Source of the DNA: Camelus ferus
Lineage: Eukaryota
Assembly (NCBI RefSeq): GCF_009834535.1
Contig: NC_045696.1
Location: 111,354,001-111,418,000, forward strand
Length of the DNA stretch: 64,000 nt
Reading direction: 5' to 3'
Shown here: one piece after another, positions 1-11,060 of the stretch
Position numbering within the stretch: position 1 is the stretch's first letter
Layout: the number at the start of each line of letters is the position of its first letter
The notes under the pieces: model-generated
The model's input: only the letters and a program-made list of their open reading frames with translations
The model's database searches: none
Told to the model about the DNA's origin: nothing
Program-made: the position numbers and the translations under genes

Positions 1-554
1 TGTAATTTACAAAGTCATTTTCTAAAGTCCATAGTCTTAGATACAATGGAGATTCAATTAACGCAGAGAACATGAGTTTTGGTCACTGAACTGGAGACAC
101 AAAAAGACAAGAAAAAACCCACACTCAGGTTCCTGTTGTTGGGAAGTTAGATCCTTAAGGACATTTCCTCAATGGCCAGATGGTTTACAAATGTCACTTT
201 CTTATTGGGCATGTAGGCACTGTACCTTCTAAAACACGGGAGCAGAAATAAATGATCTCTAGTGAATGAATGGAGAGAGGACTAAATAAGAAAATGTTTA
301 TGTTATTGCAAAACTACCCCTGAAGAGGCAGGTACACAAGAAGAGTTCCCAACGTGTTTAAACAATGTTAAGATACTGAAGAAACTGTAAGAGCCAAGAT
401 ATGCTTAAAAAGCCATTTGTCCATGGTTGATGCTACATACAAAATGAATCCCCCAAAATGTCAAACTCTGGGTTAAGAACTATCGAATTTTGAACAGAAC
501 GCAAATATTGGCTTTATGTGAATCTTTATAACAACAAGATTATTAGTTTTTGAC

Positions 555-640
555 TGCAGAGAGAAATCCGTTTAAGGTCACACAGTAAGTAAGTGGCAGA
601 GGCAAGTTTAAAGCCAGGCAATCTGGATCAAGACTCTAGT
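555..640 (-). mobile_element. MIR SINE fragment
   Basis: aaggtcacacagtaagtaagtggcagagg...ccaggcaatctgg is the reverse complement of the MIR core. Confidence 0.75.
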
Positions 641-679
641 CTTCGTACACAGCTACCCCACCATGTCCCCCTATAACTG

Positions 680-835
680 TAATCCCCTCAATAACCGTAT
701 CAGTGGGCGTATCATTATAATTTCTATTTCACAGATGAAGAAATTGAGGATCATAGTGATTTTAATAGTTTACCCAGGACTGTAGAGCTAATATGGAGAA
801 AAGCTAGGCTTATGGATCCAAAATCTATGCTTCTA
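680..835 (-). mobile_element. MIR SINE fragment
   Basis: atttcacagatgaagaaattgagg...tttacccagg matches antisense MIR core (ttttacagatgaggaaactgagg). Confidence 0.75.
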
Positions 836-1316
836 ATCAACATACAGGTACATGTGTGTGTACATTCTACATAATTCCACTAATCTTTTCTAATTCGTAT
901 TTCTTCAGTGGCTCCACCTGACCCATAGGATAAAATTTAACTACTTTATAAGGCATATGGGGCATTTAATAACCTGGTCCCTATACATTGGATAAAAAGG
1001 GACTAATTAATGGGAGAACATTGTCACCCCCTGGCAGATGACTCTGGGTTACTTTCCTATGGGAGGGCTATACTTTCCAACATGTTCTGCAAAATGTTTG
1101 CAAATTGCTCTGCTTATGACTCTAAAAAATCTTCTTTCTCTCTAACTTGAATGTTACATCATGGTGGCATACTCTTCATCCCTGCAAGCTTACTGTGTAT
1201 GCTACAGATTCCTTTGGGCGACAGGAATCATTTCTGGATTGAGGTCTTAGAAATGGAACCCCCTACCATGTTGCCACTTCTTTTATAAAAATGCTGACTA
1301 TCCCACTTTCATTAAA

Positions 1317-1403
1317 CATTACACATCTCAAGGCTCCGGATAAAATCGGAACATGTTTAATCATTACACATCTCAAGGCTTCGGACAAAATCAGAACATG
1401 TTT
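1317..1403. repeat. Tandem duplication, 45-bp period (2 x 42 bp, 3 mismatches)
   Basis: cattacacatctcaaggctccggataaaatcggaacatgttt (1317-1358) vs cattacacatctcaaggcttcggacaaaatcagaacatgttt (1362-1403). Confidence 0.95.
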
Positions 1404-1599
1404 CTGGATGACAGATCTTTTATTTTCTCTGAATGTGTTTTTTTATGTTACCCTTTTAAATGACACCCATGTACCCACTGGAAACCATTTGTAGTAGGTT
1501 CCATTGTTACCCATACTTCTTTGTCTTTTCCCTAGGAAAGGATTATGCAGCTATATGACCTTGTTATTCCTCCTGAGAAGGACACACTGATGCCCACCC

Positions 1600-1900
1600 C
1601 TGGCGTTGCACTTGAGCCTGTATCTTGCCTTGTCCAAGGTGACAAATCTGCTAAGAAAGTTGTCAATTTCATCGTGTGTTTATGATTTTCAGTCATGAGA
1701 AAAACATGCGCTAGAGAGAGATTCGTAAGACTGAGTCCTGAAATGTGGAGCAGACATAATCTCACAGCTGGGAGAAGAGTCACAGAAGATAACCCAAAGC
1801 CACCAACATGTAAATTGAGCAGGAAAACGATACTTGTAAGCCACTGAGATTTTGAAGTTGGTTGTTATATACCATCACATAGCAAAGGCTGATGATAGAG
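1600..1900 (+). mobile_element. MLT1 (ERVL-MaLR) LTR fragment
   Basis: Typical MLT1 3' end: tgtaagccactgagattttgaagttggttgtt...agcaaaggctgatgata; left boundary uncertain. Confidence 0.65.
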
Positions 1901-2452
1901 CTCCAATGACTTCCCTTGTGTTATAAGCTTCTTAACAGTTCAGTCAATACTTCTATTATCTGATCTCTGTCTCTTTCTCCAGCTTCCATCACTCTGCCTC
2001 ATCTTTTATGAGCTACCGTTTTTAAGGTGTATATGTGACCTTACCTATCTGTTCCTTTGCTTTTGATATCTTCTAAGTCTGAAATATTGCCCACACATGG
2101 TGTCATCTGATTAACGCTTCCTCTATACCTCCTAGGAAGCCTCCACCAGCCCCTCGTAGATATTCCAATTCTATACTTTTATATTGCATTATACTGTCTT
2201 GACTAATCAGCATTTATTGTGCTAAGCACTTGGGCTCTGATGGAAATGAAACACTATTGTTCTTTTCTTGTGAAGTCTACAAGTCTTCAGTCTAACCAGA
2301 TCCATCAAATTTTCCTCATAGTGTATAATCATCTGTAAATAAATGCCCAACTAAGCAACAAGCTTCATGGGTGCAAGAGATATTCATGACACTCCTGAGC
2401 CTTAATTGATTCCACATACTATTCTCTCAATTCTACTTGTTGAACGAATGAA
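1900..2452 (+). mobile_element. LINE-2 3' region
   Basis: ctccaatgacttccc..., cctcctaggaagcctcc..., ending in L2 tail tacttgttgaacgaatgaa. Confidence 0.6.
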
Positions 2453-2621
2453 GTAGGGAATGACTCAATAAACCTGCCAATAAACAAATAAGTAAATAAT
2501 TAATCAAATAAATAAATAAGCAGTTTCTGCCATAAATTAGATTTGGATAATGTCACACAGTCCCCCTTTCCTCCAATGAAAAACATGGAAGTTGGGTTAT
2601 ATAAATGTTATGTTTTCTCAG

Positions 2622-2652
2622 CTGCAGTCTTTTCAAGAGAAAGTCTTGCAAG
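2622..2652 (+). CDS. Penultimate coding micro-exon (31 nt) of an unidentified gene; encodes LQSFQEKVLQ+
   Basis: Acceptor tgttttctcag| at 2621, donor CAAG|GTGAGT at 2653; frame stays open and joins in phase 1 to the next exon. Confidence 0.65.
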
Positions 2653-2729
2653 GTGAGTTAGTTTTTCTCCAGAACTACTTTATCAGGAAACGATAAAACA
2701 ATGAGGAACATTTACTTTGTTTTTTTCAG

Positions 2730-2767
2730 ACCGAGTGAAACAAGCTTGCACACAGAAATCATTCTAG
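2730..2767 (+). CDS. Coding part of terminal exon; encodes DRVKQACTQKSF* followed by an AT-rich 3' UTR
   Basis: Strong acceptor tttactttgtttttttcag| at 2729 after a 77-nt GT-AG intron; in-frame TAG at 2765-2767. Confidence 0.65.
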
Positions 2768-3250
2768 GTGTTCTTATTTCACAGTATTGTGGTATCTAAA
2801 GCCTTCAACAACAACAATCTTCAGTTTTTGGTGCTTAGATTTTACAGCCAGATCTATTTACTCCACTGTATTTACCAGTATTTTATAGTTTATTCATCAC
2901 TGTATAAGATAACACATCGTTCCATTTAATTTTTCCCATCTTGTCTACTGAAACTAAAGAGGTAATTAGCCCAGAGCCCTTGAGCTATAATAAGCATTGA
3001 AGAGTCGATCACTAACTCAGATGTTTACGTTATTTTGGCTGCTGGGTTTTTGTTTTTGTTACTGACTGATTTGATAAGTTGCCTAGAGTTTACTTGAAAA
3101 TTTATTCTGAAAAAAATTAAAGCTTATCTTAAAAAAAACCTCCCATAGTATGACAATTTCACATTTATAATCTGCATTGTATAACCAATTCCTTCTTCTA
3201 ATTGCTACAGTTGATATTTAATTGTTATGGTATCTTGGGGGATTTAAGGA

Positions 3251-3256
3251 AATAAA
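3251..3256 (+). terminator. Candidate polyadenylation signal for the + strand gene
   Basis: AATAAA ~485 nt after the stop codon, ending an AT-rich, apparently TE-free stretch. Confidence 0.45.
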
Positions 3257-3365
3257 ACAATAATCATCTTCTCTTCATCGATTTTATACTATGCTACAAG
3301 TTAGATACTTCTGAATTTATTTAATCTAATAGTGACATAATTCAGATGTAACCAAGTGCATGCAT

Positions 3366-3367
<2 letters not shown>

Positions 3368-3414
<47 letters not shown>

Positions 3415-3420
3415 TACACA
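3368..3420. repeat. (CA)n microsatellite, ~20 perfect units plus an imperfect tail
   Basis: Directly visible. Confidence 0.98.
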
Positions 3421-4179
3421 GAGTTTTACCTTGATTTCCCAATTACTTACTGAGGTAAAGGGGGCTAGAATGCTACCTCCATTTCTTGTCAAATAGAGGT
3501 TATCATACTGAACTTGATCTGTTGCCCAAAGAGTAAAAATATACTTTATAAGAGAATATTATGAGCCCTAGAACAGGGTCTAATTTTCTCAGATATTTTA
3601 CTAAAGCTTGAAATCTCCAGTGCCCTGAGATTTTACAGAATTGAAATCTAAATAGAATTAACATAACTAAAGAATATGTGTTGATGCCAATTATTTGTAA
3701 CAATTTTTTTTTATATAATGGAAGCACATTTTCTATAACAAAAGCTTTTTTTAAGCCCATGCTTGAAATGGCCAATTAACTAAAAACGTTATCTTTTCAC
3801 CTTCTAAAAGGATGGGATTTTAGGCAGCAGACGAATTTTAAGAGATTTTAGTATACAACCAAATTAGAAGTTCCAAATGTGTAGCTGAGAGGGTTCAAAA
3901 ATGTGGACACGGTCAGTGGAAGTGTGCTAACCAGTGTAGCAACATGGAGACAGCTTTGGCCTAATTGCCTGCCTGGAAAAATGCAGATGAACATAGAACA
4001 AGTTTGTCCTGGGAATCCCTGGGAAGATCAGCATTTAAGGCTCCAGGAAATGTGAAAAGTGGAGATTAGGTGGCCTCTGATGACATGAAGATTGGCTGAA
4101 ATTCAATATATCCTTAATATTTAAACCCCAGTGATACTATTTCAGTAATAACAAATCAGGCAATACTGGGTCCCCTACA

Positions 4180-5360
4180 TCTACGCTATACACATCTCTG
4201 TAAATTGTCTCTTTACTAAACTCCTCAAATTATCCCATTTGATGGTGTCATCTGTGTGATGATAGGACTTTGACTTGATGCGTGACTTGTCCTAAGGGCA
4301 GGGTCAAGGACCAAACTTTCAAGACAAGATTCTTGGATTGAGTTGCTCGATGCAGATTACTCTTCGCTGGAAGAAATAGAAAAGATATAACCTATGGCAT
4401 GTGGTGGAATCACAGTCACTCAGTTTATCACTAGTGTAGCATGGGATGAAGTACAGATGAAGGATGAGGCATTGGAAGATCAAGTGGATCTAGTTGCTAA
4501 GGGAACAGCAGAATTTATAAGATGTGAACCCATCTGGCTCATTTATGGCTCTAGAGAGCAAACACAGGGAAAATAAAATCTAAAAGCTATAAACCTGTGG
4601 AGGATGCTCCCTCGGTAGCTCTGAAAGAGCTATTGATAACAGGGCAAATACAGCTAATTGATCAAATATCTCACAATGATGAAATAGACTTGCAGTTTAT
4701 TAAAGTGGTGTTTGACCAATATTGGCAGAAATAGTCTTGCTTGCCTGGGAAGAACTTTAACTCAAGTTATCATGGGGCAGATTATGGCCTCTTACCAGGT
4801 TTCAGACCTAAACCAGTGCACAGACTCCCTTGCCCCTCAGTTGAGAAGGAGGTCCACCTGCTTGTGGGAGGATCTTGTAGCCTCACCAAACACGTACATT
4901 GTGATTTACTCCCTAAGCCTTCCCAAGTGGAACTAACGTGTAGCCTTTTACTAGGGCAACTGTGCTTGGAAAAAGAGAGGTAGCCTGGACTTTGGAAGAG
5001 TTATTAGATATTGGCTCTGAATTTATGCTCATCTCTGGAGACCCTAAATATCAATGAGAAGGGGTATATGGAAATCTGATGGTAGACGTAAACTTGGCCC
5101 AAGCCCATCTAACAGCCCATCCAACAGTTGGACCATGGACACATCTGAAGATTATTTCCCTGTTTCCCAAAAAGGAACATACTTAGTAAATGGGAAGAAT
5201 CCACATCAGATCCCTGACTCAGGGAGTGAAGACTATTCTGTTAGGAGTGGCCAAATGTAAGCCAATAAAGCTCCCTCTCCTTGGGATTTGCAAAAAGACT
5301 TGAGTGATGTGGACATGATGGTTCATACACCTGCTCCTTTAATTCATCAGTGAAAAAACC
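4180..5360 (+). mobile_element. Degenerate ERVL provirus: LTR 3' end (LTR33/LTR16-like) plus internal gag/pro/pol relics
   Basis: LTR end ...ctcaaattatcccatttgatggtgtcatctgt...; gag-like tatggcatgtggtgg...gggatgaagtacagatg; 5001-5048 reads LLDIGSEFMLISGDPK (ERVL protease LLDTGSELTLIPGDP-like); 5294-5346 reads KDLSDVDMMVHTPA/FNS (RT start KDLKDAGVVIPTTSPFNS-like). Confidence 0.8.
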
Positions 5361-5749
5361 CAAGGAACAGACCTTCAGTATGCTCTCTGCTTTGTTTTAT
5401 TATAGTCCCAAAATTTTATGTTATGTATTTGTTAACTACAGGAGATGGGCAGCTGAGAGTCTGTTTTATTATTTTCTGCACTTTTTAAAATAGTCCATGT
5501 TTTCCATTTCTGTGTTCTCTTAAAAATAACAAAAAGCATTTAAAAAAAAAAAAACTAAGAGACTTTAAACCTTGGTAAGTCTGTAATTCTGAGGCAAATT
5601 AAAAAGTGTAAAAAACAAAGAAAACCATAGTACACTATTCAGCTAAGCAATACATAGTCAAAAGTATATAATAAATATTATTGTTTTCACGCCAACATAT
5701 GCTGAAATACACCAGGAGTACTGCGGGGAGGAGAAGGAAGTGTGGTGAG

Positions 5750-5865
5750 AAAATATTTATATTACAGGTGAGGAAAATGAAGCATAGAGAAATTAATTGC
5801 ATAAGGTTAGGCATCAAAAAAGCTTAGAGCCAGGATTCCAACCCCAGCAATTTGTTCTTGCCTCA
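5750..5865 (-). mobile_element. MIR fragment
   Basis: attacaggtgaggaaaatgaagcatagaga...agagccaggattccaaccccag. Confidence 0.7.
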
Positions 5866-6995
5866 GAATGAACAGACATAGGTGAAATTGTGCAGAAGTA
5901 CGTAAAAATATTTGTTCTTTAATACATCCCTAAAGAAAATCCGGGAAGATTTCATATAGATGGCTGACACTTTGAAAGCTAAGTTACTAATAAACATTTA
6001 TTCTTGGAATATTAACTTCAGCTCTTGGTGAATTATTTCATGGAGAATGGGGTAAAGTTATTATTACAAAGAACACTGTGAAGTGGCAGTTTTTAAAGGA
6101 GTTCCTTTAACTTTTATTTGGATTCTTGGCTTCTTATATTAGTTTTCATTTTCACGTGCTTTTCCCAGTGGACTAGTTCTTTTAGCAATCCTAGTTTATA
6201 TTCCTTGAAACCCTAGAGACGTTTTAACCACAAATTTGGTGTGTTTGCATTTTTAGAACAGGAAAAACACACTTGAAAAGACTAAGAACTAAAGTGAGGG
6301 AAAGTACTTGTTTGACAATGGTCAAAATTCAGGCTGTGGCTTCTTGTCCTCATTATAATTACATTGCCTCACTCTAACATTCATAGAGGCTGGCAAATGT
6401 ATTAAAACTGAAGGGCCCAGGTCAACGAACAGTCTCATTATAAAAGGTGAGAATAGAAATAAAGCAGCCACTTCGTTAGCAGGAAAACAAAACGCTGACA
6501 AGTCCTTGGCAACTGAAATTTATCATCACTAGCATGGAAATGGGGCACTTTTATCTTCTTTTTGCTAAATAGATCTAGACATTGAAGGTGCTCTGGTGGA
6601 ATAGAACTCTGGTGTCTTCATCTCTTCACCTTCGTCTTCATCACTTCTTCCTTTCTCTCCTGACTTCCTCCACCCCAATATTTCTAAGGAACCTAGGAGA
6701 GAAAAGCAAAATCATATAAAGAACATAAATAATTTAATGCAAAGTAGAGATAAATTTTCTACCCAAACCAACGAGAGGGTGAAGGGAAGATATAAAATGA
6801 CCCAAAACGGAGGTAATTTGTTCAAGAAAAATCTACACTTTATTTTCTTTGCTCAGTTTGTATTCCCAGCTGTCTTTAATCCAATCGCATCTAGATAATC
6901 TGAGTACTCTTAACTTTGCTTTTTTTGTGATCCACATGGACACAATCTCCTTTTCTTTTTCCTTTAATTTTCGGGATTCACACTAAGTGCTATGG

Positions 6996-7381
6996 CAGAG
7001 ATCACAAACTGATGACTCTACAGAGAAAATTCAGATAATGGAAGAGAGCACAGCAGAACTGGCATTAGAAAAACAGCAATATACACATGATGGTGAAGAG
7101 CACTGACCCTCAGCCGCAGTGTTTGGGAAACACAGTGGTGGGGTGGGGACTGGTCTGGAGCGCGGATGTCAGCTCCAGAGGGGCTGCCTCACCCTCCTCC
7201 AGCCAAGTGTTACTGGAGCTTCTGATTCCTAACAAAATCCAGAAAATCTGATTTTTTTTTCCATAAAAGATGATATTTGCTGCATTTTTTTTCTAATTTT
7301 CTTAAAATAACACATGAGCAAAAAGGAAAAACTTGTGGGAGTGATCAATTGAGCTTGTGGGCCACAAGTTTGTGAACTCTA
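6996..7381. mobile_element. Non-autonomous hAT-Charlie DNA transposon (MER102/MER112-like)
   Basis: Terminal inverted repeats CAGAGATCACAAACT (6996) and AGTTTGTGAACTCT (to 7380); 8-bp TSD not preserved. Confidence 0.7.
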
Positions 7382-8504
7382 CATGACAATGAACTCACTA
7401 CTGAACACCACATGGAACTCCAAGAGATTTTAGAAACCATCACTTCCTGTTTCATCATTTTATCTTGGAGGAAATTGAGCCCCCCCTTTTTGTAGGAACA
7501 AATGCAGTCCAGGAACCCACATCAACCGGCCTGCAAGCCAGGCATCAAACGAAACATCATGCTTACTTAGCATTTTCTTCATCTTTAGGTTCCCCTTTGA
7601 TCATTTTTGTGATCCAGAGGAACTTTAAAGTTTATTCCCTTAGGGAGAAAGGGATTTCAATGCTGGAATAAAAACAGGTTATGTAACAGCAGGTTTGTGG
7701 AACTATTCTGCACTCTCAGCACCATAATCTTTATTAGTTGGTCTGATGGAGCCCATCCAGTGCCGATGGCTATTGTAATGTCATCAGAAGGCATTTTTCT
7801 TTAGCATAAAGTTTTTTAAAGACTATCAGTATTACTTCTGAAAGATGGAGGGCAGAGGAGAGGAGGATCAACGAGTGGAATGCTCAACTAGCCAGCCACT
7901 GCTGCTACTCACCTCTGAGGGAGACAGCCGTGAGGACACTCCAGGCACACACATGCCACTTCCTCCGAGAGTTTTACCGCAAATCTATCTCTGGCCTCCT
8001 TATCCTGATAAGTGAGGCTCCCAAGGACTCCTTTCCTCTTGAAAAGGAAGCACCCTAGCTGCCACCGTGGGCTTTTCCCCAAGACCTTATTCTAGTTCTG
8101 GGCTGGCTTTCTAGTCAACATGGTATCGCCCCTCCACACAGCAGGAGGATTCTGGTTGACCCAAGCAAGGAAAACATCTTTAAAAGAGAAGGGAAATTTA
8201 TGCCAAAGAAGATTAGACCACCGTGTTCCTCCCACAAAACGCACGCCCTCCCACACCATAGTTCAGTTCTGAGTGCTTTCCTGAATCGGAACCTCTCCTC
8301 TTCAATGTTAGGGTGGAGGGATGTACAGAGTATCTCACTATCCTCCGGTAGAGGGTTCTACTAACAGAGATTTCCTTTTAAAGATTAAAAATGCAAAAAG
8401 AGAATTCTACACCATATTGAAAAGATGATTTAAGGGTAAAATACAAAGATAAACACATACAAGTTTCCATATATGTAGAAATAAAAATATTCTTGGTAGA
8501 AATA

Positions 8505-8838
8505 TTAACTCCTACTATATTTGAAAGCAGTTTGGCAATATCTACTAACATTTATATACACGTTCCCTGACCAGGCTTTTGTATGTCTGGAAATCTATCC
8601 CATAGAAAATGTAAGCACAGATGGATAAAGACATATGTACCAAGCAAAACACGGAACAAAGTGAATGGCCATCAACAGGAGATTATCTGAATAATCATAG
8701 CATATGCATACCATTTGTTCTCATCCAGTCATTCATAAAATCAAATAGGGCTACATCCGATGGCTAGAGGAATGTTCATGATGCACTGTTTCATGAGAAA
8801 AGCAAGATTCAGGGAACTGTGCATAATACAATCTCATG
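8505..8838 (+). mobile_element. Ancient L1 (L1ME/MD-like) ORF2 end / 3' region
   Basis: ttgaaagcagtttggcaatatcta...ggaaatctatccc...ccatcaacaggaga pattern. Confidence 0.7.
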
Positions 8839-8855
8839 TGATCTTATTTTTTTTT

Positions 8856-9081
8856 CCATCTTCCAAAATATTTTATTTCTTTTTTTTTTTTTAAATTGAA
8901 GTATAGTTGATTTACAATGTTGTGCTTTTTCTGGTGTACAACATCATGATTCAATTATACATATATATATTCTTTTTCATATCCTTCTTTATTATAGGTT
9001 ATTACAAGCTATTAAATATAGTCCCCTGTGCTATATAGCGGGACCTTGTTGTTTACCTATTTTGTATATAGTAGTTTGTAT
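8856..9081 (-). mobile_element. 5'-truncated cetartiodactyl-type L1 3' UTR with TSD
   Basis: polyT-aaattgaagtatagttgatttacaatgttgtg...; TSD tgatcttattttttttt (8839-8855) / tgatctgatttttttt (9082-9097). Confidence 0.9.
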
Positions 9082-10389
9082 TGATCTGATTTTTTTTAAC
9101 GTTAATAGTGAACCAAAGGATCTTCGTCTACTTGTTTGAGTGAGTGAGTGTGTATATAATTATTATTTGAGTAAAGAGAAAAACATGGAGAGGTACAGGT
9201 TATTAATATAGACTATCTGAGGGAATGAGAAGGTTGATGCAGGTGGGGAGACAAAGAGGAGAGGAAGCCTAGTGCACATACCAAAAGAAGAAGAAGGGAA
9301 AAAGATCACTTTAATGAATATCTAATCACATGTATACACTTAGGCAAAAGTAGATAGATAGCTAGGTAGATAGATAGATACCACTATAAAGCATTTTTAA
9401 TAAAAACTATGTATAGTTAAGTAGGTTCATTCATTCATTTAACAAATAGACATTCAAGGTCTGGAAGACACATTGCTATGGGCAGCTGCTATCTTAATTC
9501 TGATTTCCTCCTTGTTCTCAGTCTGCAACTGTGCAAAACTTACCTTTTATTACCAATTTCTCTTAAGTATAATACCTGCCTTTGGAGCATTTCCTTCTTT
9601 GCATGCATGTGCTTAAGAAGTTTCTCCTTGCTCGAAACAGATTTCATTTGCATGTCTATTTTATGTAAAGTTAAGCCTCCCTCAGCTTGTGAGGCCTGTT
9701 CTTTTCCTTTTCATCCCCCCCACCCCTACCCTGAGCACTTTGGTTCACCCAAGGCTCTCTGGCATACTACTGTGATGCAAGAATGATTTTTACTATGCTT
9801 GCACTTTTTTGTAAGAATAAGCAGCTAAAAAATACAAAATGTGTCAGAGATGCCATAGTTTCTGTGTAATTCCATTAACCTCCCACCCCCTGAGCCCCTG
9901 AGATGCTCATAGTCTGTGAGCATCTGGAGTTTGTGTTATATGTGTAGTGAGTTTCATGTGAACCAATCCTGTTCCTGGCGTCTCTGGCAATGATTACATT
10001 TGTCAATGAACACAGACAATAAAGTCCACCACATCTTCAGAGGAAGTCACAGTAATTATGAAGCTATTTCTCTATCCCATGCAGAATGTAGTTAAAAGTA
10101 AAAGTTTTTTTTCTTAGAGATTATAGAGGGGAAAAAAAAAGAAAACTGATGTGACTCACTATAGAGAATAATCTATCTCTAGGACCCTCTATATTCCGGC
10201 TGACACCGTTCCTCCTCGTGAGTTCCTGTGGCAAGCATTGGCTCACCTACACTGGGAAACAGAAACTTTTGCCTATAATTACAGAGACAGCAAGTTTTTT
10301 CTTTACAAGTGAAGCTATGCTTAACTTTATAATGTATCATTCATAATGTATTACGGGGCAATATGCGCCTGATTTTTCATTCAAATGAA

Positions 10390-11060
10390 CAAGAATGCAA
10401 TTTCTCATCTGTCAGATAGGCAAAATTAAGTTTAAAAGGTCCTTAGATGAGTGACAAGGGTGTTCTCATAAAGTGGTAATTGTTTACATTATGACCTTTC
10501 TGGAGGGTAATTTTGTAATGTATCTCTAAAGCCTTAAATTGTTCATATCCTTTGACCAACTCATTACTCAACTGAATATTTATACTAAAGAATGATTCAA
10601 GGATGATCACAGAGATTGATGTGCAATGTTGTCTATGAAGACTTGAATCAAACATCCAGTCACAGGGGAATGGTTAAATAAAGCATAGTAAGCCCATGTG
10701 ATGTAGTGAAAAACCATTAAAATTAAGTTTTATATCAGAAAATCAAGTACAAGTAGGAAAAAAAGTTATGAATAATACTAATTGGAAAAAGTAAAATGGT
10801 AAATTATGTGCAAAACTGAACTAATACTGTTTATTTGAGATTATCTATATCTAGCTATCATCTCTCATATATCTAATTTACCAAATAATTGTATATGTGT
10901 AACTAAACATATATTTTTAGCAAAAAGTAGAAAGATAAAATCAAACTAGTAACAATTATCTCCAAATGGTAGCATTTAGGAGATTCTTGTATTTTTTTTT
11001 TTTCTAGTTCTGAAAATTCCACAATAAATATGTATTGCTTTAATAAAAGCAATCAGGTGG
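10390..11060 (+). mobile_element. Ancient L1ME-like 3' fragment
   Basis: atttctcatctgtcagataggcaaaattaa...ctggagggtaattttgtaatgtatc...atcctttgaccaactcatt. Confidence 0.65.

Noticed and set aside
1022..1037. CTCF-like motif (ctgccagggggtgaca on the minus strand)
   Set aside because: Several mismatches to the core and no other support
3301..3492. 63-aa ORF with a CVCVCV run
   Set aside because: Artefact of the (CA)n microsatellite
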